Assembly (NCBI GenBank): GCA_963662315.1
Contig: OY759353.1
Location: 128,001 to 192,000 of the forward strand
Direction: 5' to 3'
DNA from: Geopsychrobacteraceae bacterium
GTDB lineage: Bacteria > Desulfobacterota > Desulfuromonadia > Desulfuromonadales > Geopsychrobacteraceae
DNA: 64,000 nt
Shown here: piece by piece, positions 50,134 to 59,658 of the stretch
Position numbering within the stretch: the first letter of the stretch is position 1
Layout: each line of letters starts with the position of its first letter
Made by a program: the position numbers and the translations under genes
The notes under the pieces: generated by a model
What the model saw: only the letters and a program-made list of their open reading frames with translations
The model's database searches: none
Told to the model about the DNA's origin: nothing

Positions 50134-52242
50134 ATGAATCTGCGTAATACTCGTACCCTTCTCCTCAATGAAGGGTCAGTAGAGGATAAGCGTTTAGAAA
50201 TACTTGATTATTTTCACAAGTCTTTCTCGATCGATGAACAGCTTTACGACACTCTTGCTCATGATGATGCGTTCTATCTGCGTGCAGAGCCGCTACGCCA
50301 CCCGCTAATCTTTTATTTGGGGCATACGGCGGTTTTTTACATTAACAAGCTGGTCGTCGCCAAAATCATTGAAAAGCGCATTAATCCTCACTACGAGGCG
50401 ATGTTTGCCATCGGTGTTGATGAGATGTCATGGGACGATCTGAACGATGAAAACTATGATTGGCCAAGTGTCGCCGAAGTCAAGGCCTACCGAGACCAGG
50501 TGCGTGCTCTTGTTGATCAGGTGATCAAGACACTTCCTCTTTCATTGCCTATCGATTGGGAGAACCCTTTTTGGGCCATCATGATGGGGATCGAACATTC
50601 GCGCATCCACCTGGAAACATCTTCCGTGATTATTCGTCGTTTACCTCTTGATCACGTGCGTCCGTTGCCGCTCTGGAAAATTTGCGAAGAAACGGGACCA
50701 GCCCCGCACAATCAGCTTCTGCCCGTTGCTGGTGGCAACGTCATTCTCGGCAAAAAGAAAGACCATGCACTTTATGGCTGGGATAATGAATATGGTCACC
50801 ATCAGTTTCATGTGGATGATTTTCAGGCCGCTAAATACCTGGTTTCAAATCAGGAGTTCAAGCAGTTTGTTGTGGCAGGCGGTTATCAAAATGGCCGTTG
50901 GTGGCCTGATGAGGGCAGGCGTTGGCTGGAGTTCAGTAAGGCAGAACAGCCACTTTTCTGGGTCAAGGATGGCTCCGGTTATCGCTTGCGGACCATGGCC
51001 CAGGAAATCCCCATGCCCTGGGACTGGCCGGTTGAGGTGAACTACCTTGAAGCCAAAGCTTTCTGCAACTGGAAGGCCGGGGAGTGTGGCCTGCCGATCC
51101 GTTTGCCTACCGAGGACGAATGGCACCGGCTGCATGATCTGCATGATATCCCTGATCAGCCCTACTGGGAACGAGCGCCAGGGAATATTAACCTCGAATT
51201 CTGGGCCTCTTCCTGTCCGGTGAACCATTTTTCTTTTGGTGATTTCTATGATCTGATCGGTAATGTCTGGCAGTGGACCGAGACACCGATCAGCGGTTTT
51301 ACGGGGTTTGAAGTCCACCCATGGTATGACGATTTTTCCACCCCTACATTTGATACCCAGCACAATTTGATCAAAGGGGGGGCGTGGATATCCACCGGCA
51401 ACGAGGCCACCAGAGATTCACGTTACGCGTTTCGCAGGCACTTCTTCCAGCATGCCGGGTTCCGCTATGTTGCCGCCGAGCAGGAATTGGAAACCATAGA
51501 AGCGATGTACGAAACGGACGATTCCGTGGCCCAGTATTGCGATGCTCATTTTGGACCGGAAAAATTCAGTGTGGCAAACTTTCCGGCGCAGTTGGTGAAA
51601 ATCAGTCTCAAAGCCATGGCAGATCGACCCAAAGCTCGTGCCCTTGATCTTGGCTGCGCGGTCGGTCGGGCCAGTTTCGAATTGGCCAAATATTTTGATG
51701 TTGTCACAGGTATCGACTTCTCAGCGCGCTTTATTCGTATTGCCCACCAGTTGCAAGAAAAGGGCGTTGCCCATTACCAGCTACCGGAAGAAGGTGAGAT
51801 CGTCTCCTTTCACGAGGTGCGACTGAGTGATTTGGGTCTCGCCGGGCATGATGGCAAAATTGAGTTTTTGCAAGGGGACGCGCATAACCTGAAGCCGCAG
51901 TTTAAAGACTACGACCTGGTTCTGGCAGGAAACCTGCTTGATCGGCTCTATGATCCGGCGCAGTTCCTGGCCTCTATTCATGAGCGGATGCGACCTGGGG
52001 GACTGCTGGTCATCGCTTCGCCCTATACGTGGCTGGAAGAGTTTACCAAAAAGGAAAACTGGCTGGGCGGAATCCGCATCGCCGGTGAGCCATTCAGTAC
52101 TCTGGATGGTCTCAATGAGCAACTTGGCAGCCATTTCCGTTTGCTTGAAGAACCTCACGATGTGGAGTTCGTGATCCGCGAAACGGCACGTAAATTTCAA
52201 CACACGATTTCACAGGTGACTATCTGGGAGAGGTATTCCTGA
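50134..52242 (+). CDS. ovoA: 5-histidylcysteine sulfoxide synthase with C-terminal methyltransferase
   Basis: LRHPLIFYLGHT, GVDEMSWDDL, EHSRIHLETSSV, GWDNEYG, YDDFSTP, FRRHFFQHAGFRY, LDLGCAVGR. Confidence 0.93.
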   Translation: MNLRNTRTLLLNEGSVEDKRLEILDYFHKSFSIDEQLYDTLAHDDAFYLRAEPLRHPLIFYLGHTAVFYINKLVVAKIIEKRINPHYEAMFAIGVDEMSWDDLNDENYDWPSVAEVKAYRDQVRALVDQVIKTLPLSLPIDWENPFWAIMMGIEHSRIHLETSSVIIRRLPLDHVRPLPLWKICEETGPAPHNQLLPVAGGNVILGKKKDHALYGWDNEYGHHQFHVDDFQAAKYLVSNQEFKQFVVAGGYQNGRWWPDEGRRWLEFSKAEQPLFWVKDGSGYRLRTMAQEIPMPWDWPVEVNYLEAKAFCNWKAGECGLPIRLPTEDEWHRLHDLHDIPDQPYWERAPGNINLEFWASSCPVNHFSFGDFYDLIGNVWQWTETPISGFTGFEVHPWYDDFSTPTFDTQHNLIKGGAWISTGNEATRDSRYAFRRHFFQHAGFRYVAAEQELETIEAMYETDDSVAQYCDAHFGPEKFSVANFPAQLVKISLKAMADRPKARALDLGCAVGRASFELAKYFDVVTGIDFSARFIRIAHQLQEKGVAHYQLPEEGEIVSFHEVRLSDLGLAGHDGKIEFLQGDAHNLKPQFKDYDLVLAGNLLDRLYDPAQFLASIHERMRPGGLLVIASPYTWLEEFTKKENWLGGIRIAGEPFSTLDGLNEQLGSHFRLLEEPHDVEFVIRETARKFQHTISQVTIWERYS

Positions 52243-53420
52243 TGCTGTCTTTTGATGTTGAACGTGCGCGGCGTGAAACCCGCGGTTGTGAAGGGCGCAT
52301 CCATTTCAACAATGCCGGGGCGTCTTTACCCCCGGCTCCGGTGACAGACGTTTTCTACTCTTATTTACATGAGGAGGAAGAGCAGGGCGGTTATGAAGTC
52401 ATGGCGCAGCGAGCTGCGGAGTTGGAGCATTTTTATACCGCAGCTGCGCAGCTTCTCAACTGCTCTGCAGATGAAATCGCCTTTTCTGACAGTGCCACTC
52501 GGGCCTGGAACGCTGCCTTTTATGCCTTCAATTTTCAACCCGGTGACCGGATCCTGGCCAGTAGCGCCGAATATGGAAGTAGTTTGATCGCCATGTTGCA
52601 ACAAGCCAGGCGTGTCGGAGTTGAAATCACCTTTGTACCGGATGACCCGTCAGGCCAGATCGACGTCAACAGTCTGAAAAATCAGATCGACAGTCGCGTC
52701 AAACTGATCTGTCTGACTCAGGTTCCTTCCGGTGGTGGTCTGATCAATCCTGCTGCCGCGGTTGGGAAAGTTGCAAAAGATGCGGGCATTCCCTATCTGC
52801 TGGATGCGTGTCAGGCCCTTGGCCAGATGCCGGTCGATGTCGAGCAACTCGGCTGCGACCTCTTGTGTGGCACCGGCCGCAAATTCCTGCGTGGACCGCG
52901 AGGCACGGGTTTTCTCTATGTTCGTCGTACATTGCTCGAGCAACTCGAACCGAGCCAGCTCAACCATCACGCTGCAGAGTTGCTTTCGACCCAAAGCTAC
53001 CAACTGCGTAAGGATGCAAAACGCTTTGAATGCTGGGAGCGTAACTATGCTGCGCAACTCGCCTTAGGTGCTGCAATCGACTATGCTCTGGCCTGGGGCC
53101 TTGAGGAGATTAACGAGCGGGTCAGAATGCTGGCGGCGACATTGCGGCAGAAATTAGACCAGATCGATGGCGTGACCCTTACTGACCGGGGGAGTGAGCA
53201 ATGTGCTATAGTCACTTTTTCCTGTGCTCAGGTGTCAGCAGAGCAGTTGCAGCAACAGCTCGCCCGCCGGAACATTAACACCTCGACCGTAACGTTCTCT
53301 GCGAACCCGGTCAGCTCAAGGACTCTCCCTTCTCCACCATTGTTGCGAGCTTCGCTGCATTATTACAATACCCTTGAGGAGATAGAGCAGTTTGTTTCTG
53401 AGTTGAGGCAACTTTTGTGA
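52242..53420 (+). CDS. Class V PLP enzyme, probable C-S lyase (EgtE-like)
   Basis: HFNNAGAS, DACQ, TGRKFLRGPRG, RASLHYYN; TGATG coupling to ovoA. Confidence 0.8.
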   Translation: MLSFDVERARRETRGCEGRIHFNNAGASLPPAPVTDVFYSYLHEEEEQGGYEVMAQRAAELEHFYTAAAQLLNCSADEIAFSDSATRAWNAAFYAFNFQPGDRILASSAEYGSSLIAMLQQARRVGVEITFVPDDPSGQIDVNSLKNQIDSRVKLICLTQVPSGGGLINPAAAVGKVAKDAGIPYLLDACQALGQMPVDVEQLGCDLLCGTGRKFLRGPRGTGFLYVRRTLLEQLEPSQLNHHAAELLSTQSYQLRKDAKRFECWERNYAAQLALGAAIDYALAWGLEEINERVRMLAATLRQKLDQIDGVTLTDRGSEQCAIVTFSCAQVSAEQLQQQLARRNINTSTVTFSANPVSSRTLPSPPLLRASLHYYNTLEEIEQFVSELRQLL

Positions 53421-53621
53421 ATTCAGCGGATATCTGGATTTTTCATGTCTAACTACGATCTGTTGAATAACCTTCTGAAGTGGGGCTTTCGCTGCGGTCT
53501 TACTGAGGCTAAAGTGCTACACTGGAATTCCGATCAGCTGACAAAGAAATGTTCAATTAAGGATCATTTCTGTAAAGTAATTGGCACGTTGGCACTTATT
53601 TTAGATTTCTCAAACAGTTAA

Positions 53622-53637
53622 TGGCATATCCTTTGCT
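53622..53637 (+). promoter_or_regulatory. sigma54 promoter
   Basis: TGGCAT-ATCCT-TTGCT. Confidence 0.75.
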
Positions 53638-53682
53638 CTTTATTTGTGCCTAAAGATAACATTAGGCGCAGCGGAGGACAGC

Positions 53683-53892
53683 ATGGCTATACAGGAAACA
53701 GGTACTCAAGACTGGAAGAAAAAAGCGCTTCAGGTTAAAGATACGCCCAGAGCGTCCAGGATTCTTGCAAAGGCCTTATATAAAGAATTGAAAAATATTG
53801 GTTTTAGCAGAAACGAAATTCTTGCAGTTTCCAGTGAAATCGTTGGGCTGGTCGGCAGCGAGATGAAACAATTAAGAGAGACGGTCCAGTAA
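53683..53892 (+). CDS. Small hypothetical protein (69 aa)
   Basis: GGAGG RBS, ATG, sigma54 promoter, amphipathic RILAKALYKELK...FSRNEIL. Confidence 0.75.
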   Translation: MAIQETGTQDWKKKALQVKDTPRASRILAKALYKELKNIGFSRNEILAVSSEIVGLVGSEMKQLRETVQ

Positions 53893-54279
53893 TATCTGCC
53901 TTATCGTGTATTATCGCGAGGCATGGAAAAGTCAAGGTCTGAACCCTCAAAAAAACGAGCCAATAGTATTAAATTATGCAAAGCCTATGATTCGTTTACC
54001 TTGAAAAGGTTTGGAAACACGTCTGGCCGATTTGTAACAAGGTCGGAAGAGGTTGCATTGTACCCAGGGTTCAGTCTGCTGGAAAATAGTGTGTGTGAAG
54101 AGCTAGCGGCTTTCATCGATCATAAGATTACTCCTATTGCTCCCCTCCTTAAAAATTCCTATCCTCTTTTTTCTGATGTTTCTTAACCGATATAATGATG
54201 TGCGCAGCAGATTTTTGCTGATCGGCAACCGAAGGACGTTCATTCAGCGTTTATAAGCTAAAGAAGGAAGACAGTTTTC

Positions 54280-55689
54280 ATGGACAATGGTTTTATCGAA
54301 GAGTTGGCGGCAATTGTCGACGCAGAAGGTTTGCTGCTTGGTGATGCCGAGCAAGCCCCGTTTCTGGAAGAAAAAAGAGGGCTTTACCATGGTCATTGCG
54401 TTGCTGTTGTCAGGCCGGCAACAACGGCAGAAGTCGCGGCGGTGGTAGAGTGCTGCAATAAATACAATCAGCCGATAACTCCGCAATCCGGCAATACCGG
54501 GCTATGCGGCGGCGCTGTTCCTGATGGTGGCATTCTTTTGAACCTGGGACGGATGAACAGGGTGAGGGAACTGGACCGAGTCGGCGGAACCATGACGGTT
54601 GAGGCGGGCTGTATTTTAAAGACTTTGCAGCAAGTGGCCAGCGCCGAAGGATTACTGTTTACGTTGAGCAGTCCGTCTGAGAAGGATTGTCAGCTCGGGG
54701 GCAATCTGTCGACAAATCTGGGTGGCATCAATGTTCTGCGTTATGGCACCGCCAGGGAGCAGGTTTTAGGACTCGAGGTCGTCCTGCCTTCGGGCGAGAT
54801 CTGGAACGGCTTACGGGCGTTGCGTAAAGACAATGCCGGCTATGATTTGAAGCAGCTGTTTATCGGTGCCGAAGGGACCCTAGGTATTATTACCGCAGCC
54901 ACGGTGAAACTGTTTTCTGCCCCGCAGGTACAGGTGACAGGGATGGTCGCGGTACCGGACATTTACGTCATGATGGAAACGTTTACCCACATTCGTCAGC
55001 GTTTTAATGATCACTTAAGTGGCTTTGAAATTATCCCGCGTTTTGCCGTCGACATGGTGCTCGAATATGACTCTGCGATTAAAGACCCTTTTCCGCAGCG
55101 GCATGGCTGGTATGGCCTGGTCGAGTTGAACGCGACTGATCCCGAGATGGATCTGAAAACTTCATTAAGGCAGTTGTTTGATTCCTTGCCCTATCCGACC
55201 CGAATTGCGCAGGATCAGGAGGAATCGGAACAGCTGTGGGCGGTGCGCAGGGCCATCAATGCTGCTCAAAAAGTGCGGGGAGCTTCAATTAAACACGATA
55301 TTTCCGTGCCGCTGAATGATATCGCCGAGTTTATGACGCAGGCCACCCGAATGGTCGAAGCGCAGATACCCGGAGTTCAGGTCTGCGGATTTGGTCATGC
55401 CGGTGATGGCAACGTTCACTTTAACCTGACTCAGCCTCCGGGGGCAGATCCTCAGGAATTTTTAGATCGTTGGGAAGAGATGAACCGGATGATTCATGAT
55501 CTGGTGCGGTGCTTCGGTGGCTCAATTGCTGCTGAACATGGTGTTGGGCAACTGCGGCGTGCCGAACTGCGGCGCACCAAGGACCCTGTTGAATATGCCA
55601 TGATGCAAGCGATAAAAGGGTGCCTGGACCCAAACAATCTGCTGAATCCAGGCAAGGTGGTTGACCCGAATTCATCACCTTGTGGGTAG
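54280..55689 (+). CDS. FAD-linked oxidase (D-2-hydroxyacid dehydrogenase/GlcD-like)
   Basis: GNTGLCGG, LRYG, RKDNAGYDL, EGTLGII, GHAGDGNVH, AEHGVG. Confidence 0.9.
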   Translation: MDNGFIEELAAIVDAEGLLLGDAEQAPFLEEKRGLYHGHCVAVVRPATTAEVAAVVECCNKYNQPITPQSGNTGLCGGAVPDGGILLNLGRMNRVRELDRVGGTMTVEAGCILKTLQQVASAEGLLFTLSSPSEKDCQLGGNLSTNLGGINVLRYGTAREQVLGLEVVLPSGEIWNGLRALRKDNAGYDLKQLFIGAEGTLGIITAATVKLFSAPQVQVTGMVAVPDIYVMMETFTHIRQRFNDHLSGFEIIPRFAVDMVLEYDSAIKDPFPQRHGWYGLVELNATDPEMDLKTSLRQLFDSLPYPTRIAQDQEESEQLWAVRRAINAAQKVRGASIKHDISVPLNDIAEFMTQATRMVEAQIPGVQVCGFGHAGDGNVHFNLTQPPGADPQEFLDRWEEMNRMIHDLVRCFGGSIAAEHGVGQLRRAELRRTKDPVEYAMMQAIKGCLDPNNLLNPGKVVDPNSSPCG

Positions 55690-55779
55690 GTAGGACAACT
55701 TGAAAATAGCTTCCTGCAGGGTTACGGACGGCTTTCTCTTTTTACCGATTTGACCCTATTTTTCAAGATGTTCCCTTGC

Positions 55780-55809
55780 TTGACACCGGCAGAGGATGTA
55801 AAATATTAT
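55780..55809 (+). promoter_or_regulatory. sigma70-like promoter upstream of the flagellin gene
   Basis: TTGACA-N18-TATTAT. Confidence 0.5.
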
Positions 55810-55887
55810 GAATTGTAAGAATATTCCAATAAATAGACTCGGAAAATCCTCTCTCTCTGCCTCTGAGTAACCTTTGGGAGGTGTTTA

Positions 55888-56700
55888 ATGGCTATGTCTA
55901 TCGGTGGGTCCACGTTAAATACAACCAGTCTGGCTAAAGCGCAGCAGAGTCAAGAAAATGCAATGGAGCGAATCTCCTCAGGCAAGCGCATTAATAGTGC
56001 CAAGGATGATGTTGCCGGTTTGGCAATCTCGGACCGCTTTAATTCTCAGTTTCTTGGATTAAATCAGGCGATGCGCAATGTGACCGACGGTGTTTCCATG
56101 GTGCAGACGGCGGATAGCGCCCTTGGTGAGAGTACCTCAATTCTGCAGCGCATGCGAGAGTTGTCGCTGCAATCAGGGAACGGTATTTATAATCGTAGCG
56201 ACCGTGCTTCAATGAACGCGGAATTTTCCCAGTTGCAGTCGGAACTCGATCGGATTGCTGGAACGACGACTTTTAATGATCAGAATCTCCTCAATGGCGA
56301 TATGGCTGGCTCCGGTGTAAGTTTTCAGGTTGGTACCGAAGCTGGTGATTTGATTAATGTACAGATTCCCGGAGCTGCTCAAGATGACCTGGGAACCGCA
56401 GACCTTGATATTTTAAGTCAAGAAGGAGCGCAGGCATCACTGTCCAGTATCTATGACGCGCTCAGCCAAGTTTCCTCCATGCGTGGCGATCTGGGAGCTG
56501 TTCAGAGTCAATTCGAGTCCTCGCTGGATAATCTCAGCAATGTTGCGCAAAACACTGCAGGAGCAAAGTCACGGATTGCTGATGCGGATATGGCCAAGGA
56601 AATATCGGCCCTGACCCGGAACACTATTATTGAGAAAGCCGGTATCGCTATGCAGGCTCAGGCGAATCAGTCGGCACAGAGCATATTAAAATTGCTTTGA
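55888..56700 (+). CDS. Short flagellin-family protein
   Basis: SSGKRINSAKDD-AGLAI, LQRMREL, LGAVQ, SRIADADMA, QANQ. Confidence 0.92.
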   Translation: MAMSIGGSTLNTTSLAKAQQSQENAMERISSGKRINSAKDDVAGLAISDRFNSQFLGLNQAMRNVTDGVSMVQTADSALGESTSILQRMRELSLQSGNGIYNRSDRASMNAEFSQLQSELDRIAGTTTFNDQNLLNGDMAGSGVSFQVGTEAGDLINVQIPGAAQDDLGTADLDILSQEGAQASLSSIYDALSQVSSMRGDLGAVQSQFESSLDNLSNVAQNTAGAKSRIADADMAKEISALTRNTIIEKAGIAMQAQANQSAQSILKLL

Positions 56701-56817
56701 TGGGACTTTCTGCTGTTGTGGTTACTGACATGGCCTTTTTGTCAGGGCTGTTTGATTTGATCATGCGTAGTCTTTAAGGCGTCTTCATACTTTAACCTGA
56801 GCGGCACATCATCCTGC

Positions 56818-56856
56818 TACGCTCAGAAAAAAGGTGTCCTCTTTTTTCTGAGCGTA
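56818..56856. terminator. 16-bp hairpin between convergent flagellin and msrAB
   Basis: tacgctcagaaaaaag...cttttttctgagcgta. Confidence 0.7.
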
Positions 56857-56887
56857 ACGTCAATCTTCATTTCTCAGCACGAACTAT

Positions 56888-58051
56888 TCATTTAAACAGT
56901 TTTGCATATTCACCATAGCCCTCCTTTTCAAGGTTGGCTAACGGGATAAAGCGTAGTGATGCTGAGTTCATGCAGTAGCGTAGACCGGTCGGTTGCGGTC
57001 CATCATCAAACACATGGCCAAGATGCGAGTTGGCATGTTTGCTGCGCACTTCGGTACGGGACATGAATAGGCGGTTGTCGGTTCTGGTGACAATGTTTTC
57101 TGCCACCAGGGGTTTGCTGAAGCTTGGCCAACCAGTGCCGGAATCATACTTGTCAAGGGAACTGAAAAGTGGTTCCCCGGACACGACGTCAACATAGATT
57201 CCGGCTTCATGGTTATCCCAGTAGGTGTTGTTGAAGGGAGGTTCTGTCCCTTCGTGCTGAGTTACGTCATATTGCATGGGAGTGAGCTTTTTCTTCAGTT
57301 CCGCATCGCTGGGGATGGTGTACTTTTGCTCTGTCATAGGTTTTTGGTCCTTATTCTGCGTCGCTGCCGGGCGCTGTGGATTCAGCTCCGGAAATTCAGA
57401 AAGAATAGCGTCAAAGGTCAACTCCTGCTTTTGCCATTTTTTCTCAAGGAACTGGTCACGTCCCGAGCCATGGCGATACCAGTTGTAGCGCAGGGGGTTT
57501 TCTTTGTAATAATCCTGATGATAGTCCTCCGCCGCATAAAACGGTCCCAACGGCAGCAGCTCTGTCACAATAGGGGCTGTAAAGCGTCCGCTCTGTGCTA
57601 ACCGTTTTTTTGATTTTTCCGCAATCATTTTCTGTTCCGCGTTGGCGTAAAAAATGACGCTACGATATTGTGTGCCCCGATCGACAAACTGCCCCCCCCT
57701 GTCGGTGGGATCAATATGGCGCCAGAACCATTCGACTAATTGGCCGTAACTGACCTGGGTTGGATCAAAAGTCACTTTCACCGCCTCAACATGGCCAGTT
57801 TTATGGGCGGAAACTTCTTCATAGGTTGGATTGACTTCTGCCCCTCCGGTGTATCCTGATATGACCGCAGACACTCCCGGAACTTTTTCGAAGTCAGATT
57901 CAGTGCACCAGAAACAGCCTCCGGCAAAGACGGCAATTTCAGAAGCGTTGTTCTTTTCACTGATGTTAGCGGCAATTGACCGGCTTTGGTCCTGCATGCA
58001 GCCAGATAGCAACAGGGTCAATAGAAAAAAACTTTTTCTCCACAACGACAT
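56888..58051 (-). CDS. msrAB: Lipoprotein peptide methionine sulfoxide reductase MsrA/MsrB fusion
   Basis: Lipobox LSGC; GGCFWC, AEDYHQ; GWPSF, HLGHVF, RYCMNS; ATG at 58051. Confidence 0.93.
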   Translation of the reverse strand: MSLWRKSFFLLTLLLSGCMQDQSRSIAANISEKNNASEIAVFAGGCFWCTESDFEKVPGVSAVISGYTGGAEVNPTYEEVSAHKTGHVEAVKVTFDPTQVSYGQLVEWFWRHIDPTDRGGQFVDRGTQYRSVIFYANAEQKMIAEKSKKRLAQSGRFTAPIVTELLPLGPFYAAEDYHQDYYKENPLRYNWYRHGSGRDQFLEKKWQKQELTFDAILSEFPELNPQRPAATQNKDQKPMTEQKYTIPSDAELKKKLTPMQYDVTQHEGTEPPFNNTYWDNHEAGIYVDVVSGEPLFSSLDKYDSGTGWPSFSKPLVAENIVTRTDNRLFMSRTEVRSKHANSHLGHVFDDGPQPTGLRYCMNSASLRFIPLANLEKEGYGEYAKLFK

Positions 58052-58448
58052 AAGCTCCTCCATGTCAGGCCAATGGGTGTGTGGTCCAGATCCGGAAATG
58101 GATCTTTTCCGCTGTAGTGCCTTCAATCTGGTCTCCGTGCAAACCCTTGATTTTCTGGACACAAGGGAAAATCACCTGTTTCCAATCTGGTAACTTCCAT
58201 CTATAAATACATTGTAAGAGATGTCTTTCCGGCGGGTAAAGATGACGGCAGAAAAGAGCACAATAAACGTTAATATGAACATACCTTCACTGTGTATTGG
58301 CTCAATCAAATTACATAAGCGTGGTTAAAAATCACAAATTGGCTATTATTTCACTGTAGAAATCGCGGCAACTGGTACGTCGGCAATAGGGCTGATTATC
58401 AAAGGACTGTGCATATTTCTATAACTGCCTATTGTAAACAGGGGGAAA

Positions 58449-59438
58449 ATGATGAAGAGTTTGTATCTGCTGCTGGCCATGACACTGCTGTCGGTCGTAT
58501 CTGCGATTGCAGGACCCACTATTACCGGGAAAATTTCACAAATTACAGCCATTGAAAAGGATATCAATCCCTTAGTTGATAAACTGAAGGGAACCGAGAT
58601 TGTGCCAGCCTATTGGGGAACGGAGCTGCTGGAAAAAGTTTACCTGGGGCAGGGGAGCTGGCGGATTAGGGTAAAAAATACCGGGAACATGAGTTTTGTG
58701 CCCGGTCAACTGCGAATCACGGTTAAATATCATATTGGCGGCAATCTGTATGCACAGGATCCCATCTATAACGAGTCTCAGATACGTCCCGGACAGATCC
58801 TGACCGTAACAGGAAATAATCTGGCAAGACAGGATGGAGAGTGCGGCAATCTCAACTGCATTGATCTTGAGGTCTACGACACGGTCAATGAGCGCAGACG
58901 CGAATTTGATGCGCTGGATGTTCCGCCTCTTGCGGCAGAGCTCAGTCAGATCAGTCTGGAACATAGTCAACTTTATTTTAAAATACAAAGCCAGACTTTG
59001 TTTCCCATTAAGATCAAACTCGAAATAGCCGCGCTGGAAATCTGGGATCGTCCCAAGCCTTATCCGAAAGACAACAGCATTTGGGGTAAAATCAAGGATA
59101 TGTTGACCTTCGATTCCTCCGGATTGCAGCCTGAAAAGCTGGTCTGTTCAGTATCTCACTTACCCTTGTATGATACAGATTTTTTGCCACTGGCGGCTGC
59201 AATCGAAAATAGTGCCGATTATCCAACTGTTTGGGGTACTGTCTCCAAAACACGACTGAAACCTTTACTGCAGGCCGCTTGCCCCGATGCTCATTTCAGC
59301 GAATACTCCACTCTGTTCAAGTCTTTGCGCCTGGTTTTGTATACCGAGAATGCTGCGCCGTGTGTCGCGAAAAAGCAGCTCGATATTGTTTCTATAAGCC
59401 GGGGAGGGGATGATATCCCCGCTTTTTCATGGGATTAG
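58449..59438 (+). CDS. Hypothetical secreted protein
   Basis: Sec signal peptide ending AIA; beta-rich; several Cys. Confidence 0.75.
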   Translation: MMKSLYLLLAMTLLSVVSAIAGPTITGKISQITAIEKDINPLVDKLKGTEIVPAYWGTELLEKVYLGQGSWRIRVKNTGNMSFVPGQLRITVKYHIGGNLYAQDPIYNESQIRPGQILTVTGNNLARQDGECGNLNCIDLEVYDTVNERRREFDALDVPPLAAELSQISLEHSQLYFKIQSQTLFPIKIKLEIAALEIWDRPKPYPKDNSIWGKIKDMLTFDSSGLQPEKLVCSVSHLPLYDTDFLPLAAAIENSADYPTVWGTVSKTRLKPLLQAACPDAHFSEYSTLFKSLRLVLYTENAAPCVAKKQLDIVSISRGGDDIPAFSWD

Positions 59439-59658
59439 TGGAAGGGCGTAACGATTATTGCAGGTCTTGAAACGGGTGTGTGCGGACAAATACATTTTCA
59501 GTTATCCGCACATACGCAGGGTGACCAATTTTTTTTGCGTTCTGTTGACCGGCGCTACTTTAGATCTGAAAAAAAACTGGATCTCAAAACACGGTATGCT
59601 AAATTCTTCTGCTATCCGGTGCATAGAGCATGAGTATTTGCTCAAGGGAGAGCAAACC

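Noticed and set aside
52242..53420. Cysteine desulfurase (IscS/SufS) assignment
   Set aside because: No SGSAC or GHHCA catalytic Cys loop
53923..54186. 87-aa ORF
   Set aside because: No recognisable motif or clear RBS; cannot be supported
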